DNA of 64,000 bases from an uncultured Verrucomicrobia subdivision 3 bacterium (GTDB lineage Bacteria; Verrucomicrobiota; Verrucomicrobiia; Limisphaerales; DASXHY01), in NCBI GenBank assembly GCA_937890005.1, contig CALBZA010000026.1, forward strand, positions 3,841-67,840. Direction: 5' to 3'. Position numbers and translations under genes: made by a program. This document shows, one piece after another, positions 56,768 to 64,000 of this stretch. How positions within the stretch are numbered: the stretch's first letter is position 1; every line of letters starts with the position of its first letter. The notes below the pieces were generated by a model. The model saw only the letters and a program-made list of their open reading frames with translations, ran no database searches and was not told where the DNA came from.

Positions 56768-58135
56768 TTACCACGGCGCCACGGCTTTCTTTCCTGCAGG
56801 CTGTTCTGATTCCGGTTTCGGATCGGATCGCATCTGCGGTACGTTTTCCCTGTCTTCGCCGGCATCCTCCGGCGGCATGTAAGTGATCAGCCGCGCGCTC
56901 CGCTTGTAGGAGAAATAAGAGTACGCCCATTGGAACAACACCGAGAGCTTGTTGCGAAAACCGATGATGAAAATCAAATGCACGAACAGCCACGCAAGCC
57001 AGGCCAGCCAGCCGGAGAACTTGAACCGTCCGATCCACGCCACCGCAGCGGTGCGGCCGATTGTCGCCATGGTTCCCTTGTCCCAGTAACGGAACGGAGG
57101 CCGCGGCGAACGTCCGACCCCGAGATCGATCTCGTCCTTGATCAATCGCGCCACATAACGTCCCATTTGCATCGCCGCCGGAGAAACGCCCGGAACCGGC
57201 TTTCCTTCTTCGTCCATCACAGAGGCCAGGTCGCCGATTGCAAACACTTCCGGATGTCCCGGCAGACTGAGATCCGGATTCACCTTCACGCGCCCCGCTT
57301 TGTCGAGCGGCACATTCAGTTTTTTCGTAAGCGGATTCGCTGCTACGCCGGCAGCCCAGATGATGTTTCCCGCGCGGATGATTTCGCCGTTGTCGAGCTC
57401 CACTTCGCCTTCGCGAAGATTTTTCACCCGCGTCGAGGTTCGCACGATCACTCCGAGTTCCTTCAACTGGCGAGTCGCGCTTTCCTGCAGGTCAGGCGGC
57501 AGATGCGACAGAACCCGCGGTGATCCCTCAATGAGAATGATGCGGGCGTGCGACGGATCGATCCGGCGAAAATCTTTTGCAAGGACCGTGCGCGACAACT
57601 CCGCAAAAGCGCCTGCGAGCTCCACACCGGTCGGACCGCCACCGATCACCACAATGGTCATAAGCCGTTCGTCGTCGGCTTTGTCGCGCGTGGTTTCGGC
57701 CTGTTCGAACGCGAGCAGAACGCGGCTTCGGATGCGGAGCGCATCGTCGAGACACTTCAAGCCCGGCGCAAATTTCTCCCATTCAGGATGCCCGAAGTAG
57801 CCGGTCTGGCTGCCCAGCGCGATCACCAGGTAGTCGTAGTCGAGAATGCCCGTTTCCAGAAAGACCTTCTTGTTCGCGAGATCGAAATCCACAACCTTGT
57901 CGAACAGCACGGTGATGTCGCGCCGGTCGGAGAAAATGGCGCGCACCGGCTGGGCGACATCGGGCGCCGAAAGCCCCGACGTGGCGACCTGATACAACAA
58001 CGGCTGGAAAAGATGATGATTGGTGCGATCGACGAGAGTGATGCGAGCGTTTGGATGACGGAAGCGCTTACAGAAATCGAGCCCGCCGAACCCTGCGCCA
58101 AGAACGACCACATGAACTGGTTTCCGCTCCGACAT
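56768..58135 (-). CDS. ndh: type II NADH dehydrogenase (NDH-2)
   Basis: The dinucleotide-binding motifs are VVVLGAGFGGL and IVVIGGGPTGVELAG. The ATG at 58135 lies inside track ORF 56768..58201. Confidence 0.9.
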   Translation of the reverse strand: MSERKPVHVVVLGAGFGGLDFCKRFRHPNARITLVDRTNHHLFQPLLYQVATSGLSAPDVAQPVRAIFSDRRDITVLFDKVVDFDLANKKVFLETGILDYDYLVIALGSQTGYFGHPEWEKFAPGLKCLDDALRIRSRVLLAFEQAETTRDKADDERLMTIVVIGGGPTGVELAGAFAELSRTVLAKDFRRIDPSHARIILIEGSPRVLSHLPPDLQESATRQLKELGVIVRTSTRVKNLREGEVELDNGEIIRAGNIIWAAGVAANPLTKKLNVPLDKAGRVKVNPDLSLPGHPEVFAIGDLASVMDEEGKPVPGVSPAAMQMGRYVARLIKDEIDLGVGRSPRPPFRYWDKGTMATIGRTAAVAWIGRFKFSGWLAWLAWLFVHLIFIIGFRNKLSVLFQWAYSYFSYKRSARLITYMPPEDAGEDRENVPQMRSDPKPESEQPAGKKAVAPW

Positions 58136-58222
58136 GGCCACAATCTGTTGTAAGTCTCCCTTTTTCGCAAATGGGCAGAACCCGCGACCCAGCCCGCACA
58201 AACGCGTCGCGATCGCGATTCC

Positions 58223-59464
58223 TTGTTTCTCTTGAGAGCTGCCGCTTCAAACTCCCGTCTCCGGCTTCGCGTCTCTCCCGCCGCGGAATCGCATCTGCGA
58301 TCCGGTCATCCGTGGCTTTTTGCCGACAGCATCCGCGAACAGAACCGTGAAGGTCATGCCGGCGAACTCGGAGTCATTTACGACCGGCAGGACCGATTTC
58401 TTGCAGTCGGTCTTTACGATCCGACATCACCCATCCGGCTGCGCGTGTTGCATGCAGGCAAACCGCAAACGATCGACCACGCCTGGTGGGAACAGCGTTT
58501 CAGACAATCGATCGATCGACGCCGCGGACTCTTTGACGAGCGAACGAACGGCTATCGTTTGATCAATGGCGAAAGCGACGGCTGGCCGGGGCTGGTGCTG
58601 GATCGCTACGACGAAACGCTTGTTCTGAAAATTTACACGGCAATCTGGCTGCGGCGGCTTGATGACGTTGTCGCGTTGATCAAACACGAGCTGAATCCCG
58701 AACGAATTGTTCTGCGCTGGAGCCGAAATATCTCGGTCGAAGTGAAAGCGGCCATGCGTTTCGATTCCTCGGATTTCCAAATTCTTCATGGCTCCGAGTG
58801 CGATGGCAGCGTGGTCTTCAAAGAAAACGGGTTGCTCTTCGAAGCCGATGTGTTGCGAGGACAGAAAACCGGTTTCTTTCTCGACCAACGCGAAAACCGC
58901 AGGCGAGTTGGAGAGCTTGCGAACGGACGCACCGTTTTGAACGCATTCAGTTTTTCGGGTGGATTTTCGCTTTACGCAGCGCGCGGCGGAGCGATGTCAG
59001 TCACCGATCTCGACATCAGCGCCCACGCGTTGAAAAGCGCGGAGCGGAACTTTAAACTGAACGCAGCCGATCCGAATGCGAGCCGCTGCCGGCATGAGTG
59101 TGTTCAAGCCGATACATTCGAGTGGCTGCAACAGAATACGAAACGGAAGTTCGACCTGATCATTCTCGATCCGCCGTCGTTTGCAAAACGCGAGGCGGAC
59201 CGCATCGGAGCCATTCGCGCTTACGAGAAGCTTGCGTTGCTCGGAATGGAACATTTGAAACGCGGCGGCATCCTGCTCTGCTGCTCCTGCTCGGCGCATG
59301 TCACCGCGCAGGAATTTTTCTCAGCGATTCGATCCGCGGCGAGAAGGTCAGGACTGCGCTTCGAAGAAATGGAGACGACCCTGCACGCGCCGGATCATCA
59401 CGCGACGTTCAAGGAAGCCGAGTATCTGAAGGGAATTTATCTCCGGTGCAGTCACGCTGGCTGA
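58223..59464 (+). CDS. RlmI/RlmK-like class I SAM-dependent rRNA methyltransferase
   Basis: PUA-like N-terminus ([11 protein letters not shown]), motif [17 protein letters not shown], and motif [13 protein letters not shown]. The start codon is uncertain (TTG). Confidence 0.8.
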   Translation: MFLLRAAASNSRLRLRVSPAAESHLRSGHPWLFADSIREQNREGHAGELGVIYDRQDRFLAVGLYDPTSPIRLRVLHAGKPQTIDHAWWEQRFRQSIDRRRGLFDERTNGYRLINGESDGWPGLVLDRYDETLVLKIYTAIWLRRLDDVVALIKHELNPERIVLRWSRNISVEVKAAMRFDSSDFQILHGSECDGSVVFKENGLLFEADVLRGQKTGFFLDQRENRRRVGELANGRTVLNAFSFSGGFSLYAARGGAMSVTDLDISAHALKSAERNFKLNAADPNASRCRHECVQADTFEWLQQNTKRKFDLIILDPPSFAKREADRIGAIRAYEKLALLGMEHLKRGGILLCCSCSAHVTAQEFFSAIRSAARRSGLRFEEMETTLHAPDHHATFKEAEYLKGIYLRCSHAG

Positions 59465-59643
59465 CAAAAACCGGCGACTGTCAGAAGTGAACCCGGATGC
59501 CGGCAGCCGTTACGAAGTCGAGATGTAGGAAACGAAACTGTTCCGACCGGACGTGTTTTCAAAGGCTCCGACCATCCCCTCATTGAAGCTGAAATCTGAC
59601 CCGGCTTGAAATTTCCCGCCGCAGCCGTCACGCTTCGCCGTTC

Positions 59644-61647
59644 ATGAATCGCGTCCGTCTTCTTTCAGACCAGGTCGCCAACCAGATCGCCGCCGGCGAA
59701 GTGGTTGAGCGCCCCGCCAGTGTGGTCAAGGAACTGGTCGAGAACTCGCTCGATGCCAAAGCCAGTCGAATCGCAGTCGAAATCCAGGCCGGTGGACGCA
59801 GCCTGATACGCGTCATCGACGACGGTGTCGGAATGAGCCGCGACGATGCGCTGCTCTGCCTCGAACGCCATGCCACCAGCAAGATTCAGCGTGCGGAGGA
59901 TCTCGCCGCAATTTCCACCATGGGTTTCCGGGGCGAAGCGTTGCCCAGCATCGCCAGCGTGAGCCGGTTCACGCTTACAACCCGCGAACGCGACGGCGAT
60001 TCGCCCGAAGGCACGCAGGTCATCATCAACGGCGGCAAAATCGCCGAAGTCCGCGCCGCCGGAACCGCCACAGGCACAACCATCGAAGTCCGCCAGCTGT
60101 TCTTCAATCTTCCGGCGCGAAGGAAATTTCTTCGAACCGAAGAAACCGAGGCGGCGCACATTCAGCACTACCTGACGCTCGCGGCACTTGCGTTTCCCGA
60201 AGTGGCCTTCACCTTTGTGAAAGACACCCGGCTGGTGTGGCAATTGCCCGCGGCGAAGTCCGGCGAATCCGTTTCCGAACGCCTCGGCGGCCTGCGCGAA
60301 CGACTCGGCGCGCTGTGGGGCACCGATCAAAACCTGCTCGCAGTCGATTTCGCAACCGATCTCTCCGAAATCGCAGACGAAACAGAATCGCTCGACATGC
60401 TGCACGATCAGGCGCCACGCACGTCGCGTTTTCGGCTGTGGGGATTCATCGGCGCGCCCGGCGTATCGCGCTCAACCCGCGAAGACCAGCATCTGTTTGT
60501 GAACCGTCGCCCGGTGGAAAACCGCGGACTCAATTTCGCCCTGCTCGAGGGTTATCACACCGCGTTGATGAAAGGGCGTTACCCGGTCTGCTGTCTTTTT
60601 CTCGAAATCAATCCCGCGGCTGTGGACGTGAACATTCACCCCGCAAAACGCGAGGTGAAGTTTCATCGAGAAGCCGACGTCCGCCGACTCGTGGCCAAAG
60701 CTGTTCGGGATACGCTGCTGAAATATCATTCCGGATCGGCAGCAACACAGAATGCGCCAACAGTCTCTCCTCCTCAGAGTTCGCATCCCTCATCAGCGCC
60801 TGTTGCATCGGTTCCCGACCGGCAGACAGCATTGCCGGCCTTTTCCGCCCCGCCCGTTCCTGATCCCCGGTCGCAGCAACCCGCATTGCAGATGGGCTTC
60901 GGAAATCCCAGCGTGGCAAAACCCGAAAACACATCCCTGCCTTCCCTTTCCACTCCGACGCAATCGCCAACGGAGAGAGCATTTCCGTCCGAAACCGTTC
61001 CAGCTCCCAATAATCCGCAATCCGCAATCCCTAATCCGCAATCGCCCCGCCTTCCCCTCCTGAGCGTCCCGCTCCGGATCGTCGGCGTTGTTGGAAAACT
61101 TTATGTCGTGCTGGAGTCAGATCGCGGACTGGTTCTGCTCGACCAGCACGCTGCGCACGAACGGATTCTGTTTGAACAGATGTTGAACCGGCTCGAACTG
61201 AAGCAGCAGGCGGATTCGCAAAAACTCCTTTTGCCCGAAACGGTGGAGCTGTCGGTTCGCGACGCGGGGTTCATCCGCGATCATCTGCCGGTTCTCACGC
61301 GGCTCGGTGTCGGCCTGAGTGAATTCGGTGAGAGAACATTTCTTTTGGACGCACTGCCGCCCTTCGTGAAGGCCTCGAATCCGCGGCAGTTCGTTCTCGA
61401 ACTCGTGGACGAACTGAAGGCGGCCGGGCAGGAAGTGAATTCGCTTCGGTTGGGCGAACATGTCGTCGCCAAAACCGTCTGCCGCCACGCTGTGAAAGCC
61501 AACGATCCGCTCGCGGGACCGGAACTGGAAAATCTCGTCCGCGACCTGCGGCAGTGCGCGATGCCTTACACCTGTCCGCACGGCCGGCCGACGTTGATCG
61601 AGATGAACTTTCGGGAGCTGGAAAAAAAATTCGGCCGTTCCCAATGA
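59644..61647 (+). CDS. mutL: DNA mismatch repair protein MutL
   Basis: The N-terminus is IRLLSDQVANQIAAGEVVERPASVVKELVENSLDA. It is followed by a Pro-rich linker and a C-terminal dimerisation domain. Confidence 0.9.
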   Translation: MNRVRLLSDQVANQIAAGEVVERPASVVKELVENSLDAKASRIAVEIQAGGRSLIRVIDDGVGMSRDDALLCLERHATSKIQRAEDLAAISTMGFRGEALPSIASVSRFTLTTRERDGDSPEGTQVIINGGKIAEVRAAGTATGTTIEVRQLFFNLPARRKFLRTEETEAAHIQHYLTLAALAFPEVAFTFVKDTRLVWQLPAAKSGESVSERLGGLRERLGALWGTDQNLLAVDFATDLSEIADETESLDMLHDQAPRTSRFRLWGFIGAPGVSRSTREDQHLFVNRRPVENRGLNFALLEGYHTALMKGRYPVCCLFLEINPAAVDVNIHPAKREVKFHREADVRRLVAKAVRDTLLKYHSGSAATQNAPTVSPPQSSHPSSAPVASVPDRQTALPAFSAPPVPDPRSQQPALQMGFGNPSVAKPENTSLPSLSTPTQSPTERAFPSETVPAPNNPQSAIPNPQSPRLPLLSVPLRIVGVVGKLYVVLESDRGLVLLDQHAAHERILFEQMLNRLELKQQADSQKLLLPETVELSVRDAGFIRDHLPVLTRLGVGLSEFGERTFLLDALPPFVKASNPRQFVLELVDELKAAGQEVNSLRLGEHVVAKTVCRHAVKANDPLAGPELENLVRDLRQCAMPYTCPHGRPTLIEMNFRELEKKFGRSQ

Positions 61648-61711
61648 TGGAAACGGCCGTGATCACCGCCAGACCAGCAAGCTGGCGTTGCGGCGATGCG
61701 GGTCCCAAAAG

Positions 61712-61876
61712 CTAGACCCGCGGACGTCTCCCGGTAAGCAGGGAGACGAGAAACAGCACGAGGAACACCACGAACATGATCTTGGCGATCGTCGCGGCGA
61801 CTCCTGCGATGGCGAAGAAGCCGAGAGCTCCGGCAATCAACGCAACAATCAGGAACAGTAGTGCATAGTTCAACAT
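61712..61876 (-). CDS. DUF1328/UPF0391 small membrane protein (54 aa, below the track cut-off)
   Basis: My own translation gives [54 protein letters not shown], which is the typical family sequence. Confidence 0.6.
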   Translation of the reverse strand: MLNYALLFLIVALIAGALGFFAIAGVAATIAKIMFVVFLVLFLVSLLTGRRPRV

Positions 61877-61888
61877 AGTTACCTCCGG

Positions 61889-62089
61889 TTATCTGGCTGT
61901 CCGCAGCGTTCCAACCAGGCCAAGCACCGACAGAATCGCACCGCCCACCATCATCCACACGGCTTTGTCCGTGGGTGATCCGGTGAAGAAGCGCGATACG
62001 TCCGAACTGAACGAATCAGAAGCGCTGAATCCGAAGATGAGGAGAAGAATCCCCCCGACGAGGAATGCGACTGATAGTGCTTTGTTCAT
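61889..62089 (-). CDS. DUF3185-like small membrane protein
   Basis: 66 aa with two TM spans (VAFLVGGILLLIFGF and MMVGGAILSVLGLVG). Confidence 0.5.
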   Translation of the reverse strand: MNKALSVAFLVGGILLLIFGFSASDSFSSDVSRFFTGSPTDKAVWMMVGGAILSVLGLVGTLRTAR

Positions 62090-62274
62090 AGCTGGCCAAG
62101 GTTGCTGGCTGAGAGTGCAGCCAATGTTTCTGTTCTTTCTGACCAGACTCTAGGATTGAACCGCGGCGAAAGCTATGTGGGTGATGTGCCCAACGCGGGC
62201 GGGGTGTTTTTCCGAAGGTGCGAGGCACGGGACGTCAGGCGAGAGGAGTGAAGAAAGGAGAAAGGAGTTCTGCG

Positions 62275-62309
62275 CACGCATCACGCATCACGTTTCACGC
62301 ATCACGTTT
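62275..62309. repeat. heptamer tandem repeat CACGCAT/CACGTTT x5
   Basis: Read directly from the sequence. Lies just 3' of the exonuclease gene stop. Confidence 0.8.
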
Positions 62310-62315
62310 TCCCCC

Positions 62316-62852
62316 TCACGCCCAATTCACATTCACGCTCAGCTTCTTGCCGAAACGGTTGTGATAAAAGAGCTGCCGGTTTGCACAGCCGTATTCGTGA
62401 ACAAGCTTCGTGATCTTCACGTCGTAACAGCAATACTCGGCGATGTTCATCAGCTTTCCCTGCCGATACCACTCGATCGCCTGCAAACCTTCCGCCGTCT
62501 TCTCCACACCAAACGTCGCCGTGGCGATGGAATCGAGCGACAGACGATGCTGCAGCGTGTTCTGAAGGTCGATCATCATGTCCAGCGTTGGAATCTGACG
62601 CAGATCGAACGCCGTGTAGCCGTGCAGCACTTCGTAGTCGAAACGGAGATTGTTGAACCCGACCACGAGATCGGCGCGCTGAAGTTCGCGGATCAATTCG
62701 TCCACCTGTTTCTCGCCGTAAATCCGATAGTCCCCGCGCGCCGTGCTGTAGGTCACGCCGACGCTCATTCCCATGCTGCTGATTTTGTCCCAGCCGCCGA
62801 CTTCCTGAGCTGACTTCTGTGTTTCGAGATCGAAATAGACGATGTTCTTCAT
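62316..62852 (-). CDS. RNase H-like 3'-5' exonuclease domain protein
   Basis: MKNIVYFDLET contains the Exo I DxE motif. VGFNNLRFDYEVL is Exo II-like and YCCYDVKIT is Exo III-like. Confidence 0.7.
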   Translation of the reverse strand: MKNIVYFDLETQKSAQEVGGWDKISSMGMSVGVTYSTARGDYRIYGEKQVDELIRELQRADLVVGFNNLRFDYEVLHGYTAFDLRQIPTLDMMIDLQNTLQHRLSLDSIATATFGVEKTAEGLQAIEWYRQGKLMNIAEYCCYDVKITKLVHEYGCANRQLFYHNRFGKKLSVNVNWA

Positions 62853-63087
62853 CCGCGTTTTTCCAATGCGGTGCGATGATAGCCGCAAACAGGGCAGTCA
62901 AAAGTTCAAAATGTGCGGCAGCCGTTAATTTCATCAAAACATCGCGGCAGAACAGTGCAGACAAATTCGCGGTCCATGAAACAAAGCTGCGTTCCGCGCA
63001 CTTTTCAATTGAATCGTTCCCGACAAAGCCTGCATGTTCTCCCACACGCAGCCACTCAATTTACCCGCAGGATTTTGTCCGTCGTCT

Positions 63088-64000
63088 ATGGATTGGAACA
63101 CCTGGCATCAACAATACGATCAATTCCCGAACCTTCAGGCACGACTGCGCATCGTTCAGAAACTGATCACGTCCGTCCTCGACGATTCACGCGAATCCAT
63201 CCGAGTGATCAGCATCTGCGCCGGCGACGGACGCGATCTCCTCGGTGTTCTCGCGAATCATCCCCGCCGGCATCAGGTCGATGGGCTTTTGATCGACAAT
63301 GATCCCGAATGCATTCAGCGGGGAAGCGAAACTGCGCGCGAGCTGGGTTTGGACGGAAAACTCCGCTGCCTTCACGCCGATGCAACCTTCGCCCGACACT
63401 ACGCCGGAGCCGTTCCCGCCGATCTCGTTCTGCTCTCCGGTTTTCTCGGTCACCTGCCTCACGATGACGTTCCCCGGCTGATCGAGTTTCTTCCGATGTT
63501 CTGCAAACACGGCGCGTCGGTGATCTGGAACCGGCATTTGGTATTGCATGACGGGCGCAATCAGGTTCGGAACATTCGCGACTGGTTCCGCGCTGCTCAA
63601 TTTGAGGAACTCGAATTCGAGACGACAGCGCCGGACGGTTTTGCGGTCGGGCGCGTTCGGTTCCGGGGAAATGAATTGCCGCTCGATGAAAGCAAGGTGC
63701 TGTTTCATTTTGTCGGAGTCGATCGGTTGATGCGTGAAGGCGATGGTGGAAAACCCGGCACTGCCAGCGGCCACCCCTCTTCCAAATCCGCTTTGAATGA
63801 CGACCTCGGTGACGCTGAGCAAACCTTGTCGGAACGCTTCTCACAGATTGTCGCTGAACATCCCGATCGCATGGCCATTGGAACCGGCGACTGGCGGCCC
63901 ACCTACACAGAACTCGACGCGACCGCGAATCAGGTCGCGAACGCCATCGTTGCCCGCGGCGGAAAAATCGGAGATCGCGTGGCGTTGTTGATGCGGCATG
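63088..64000 (+). CDS. methyltransferase-like domain fused to an adenylation (AMP-binding) domain, N-terminal part (runs off the window end)
   Basis: My own translation gives MDWNTWHQQYDQ...IRVISICAGDGRDLL...DLVLLSGFLGHL (SAM-MTase-like). After a linker comes LSERFSQIVAEHPDRMAIGTGDWRPTYTELDATANQVANAIVARGGKIGDRVALLMRH, an A-domain start. It is absent from the track because there is no stop in the window. An alternative ATG is at 63034. Confidence 0.7.
   Translation, partial: MDWNTWHQQYDQFPNLQARLRIVQKLITSVLDDSRESIRVISICAGDGRDLLGVLANHPRRHQVDGLLIDNDPECIQRGSETARELGLDGKLRCLHADATFARHYAGAVPADLVLLSGFLGHLPHDDVPRLIEFLPMFCKHGASVIWNRHLVLHDGRNQVRNIRDWFRAAQFEELEFETTAPDGFAVGRVRFRGNELPLDESKVLFHFVGVDRLMREGDGGKPGTASGHPSSKSALNDDLGDAEQTLSERFSQIVAEHPDRMAIGTGDWRPTYTELDATANQVANAIVARGGKIGDRVALLMRH

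Noticed and set aside
61005-61045. AATCCGCAATCC-type nucleotide repeats inside mutL
   Set aside because: They encode the Pro/Gln-rich disordered linker (NNPQSAIPNPQSP) of MutL. This is ordinary linker low complexity rather than a separate element.
63187-63844. Two overlapping 211-aa minus-strand ORFs near the window end
   Set aside because: The plus strand carries a continuous open frame with methyltransferase and adenylation-domain motifs. The minus-strand products are R-rich shadows.

Overview
This looks like a chromosomal window from a PVC-superphylum, Verrucomicrobiota-like bacterium. The signs are tandem prepilin-type H-X9-DG proteins, autotransporter-associated beta-strand repeat proteins, a fused ccoNO gene, and high GC with long antisense shadow ORFs. 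Most of it is ordinary core genome: three two-component/REC signalling loci, an eight-gene cbb3 oxidase operon (ccoI-ccoS-ccoNO-ccoQ-ccoP-ccoG-ccoH-TauE-like), glgC, TolC, trigger factor, a 1555-aa surface protein with a CE8 pectinesterase domain, a 1582-aa PFOR, a HlyD/ABC-2 exporter, NDH-2, an RlmI-like methyltransferase and mutL.

The one clearly accessory region is 4.69-17.34 kb. A UPF0047/YjbQ gene is split by an ~11.2-kb element carrying a large serine recombinase. Both junctions can be read down to a shared ATGCA. The element has TerS-like and TerL genes but no ORF large enough for a portal, capsid or tail protein. It also carries a small serine recombinase, a wHTH Rep-like gene followed by iteron-like repeats, a DUF3102-like gene, an Abi-alpha (DUF4393) gene, a PUR-alpha-like gene and an AT-richer membrane-protein/190-aa gene pair. 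The attP core appears to lie inside the integrase 3' end, so integration changes the integrase C-terminal tail.

Immediately downstream, a 279-bp near-perfect direct repeat of the yjbQ 3' end brackets a 1.16-kb AT-richer cassette with a single DUF2971-like gene.

Three real genes are missing from the ORF track: 1..630(-), 61712..61876(-) and 63088..64000(+). I saw no rRNA, tRNA or CRISPR. All family assignments come from reading motifs by eye and need HMM or structure confirmation.
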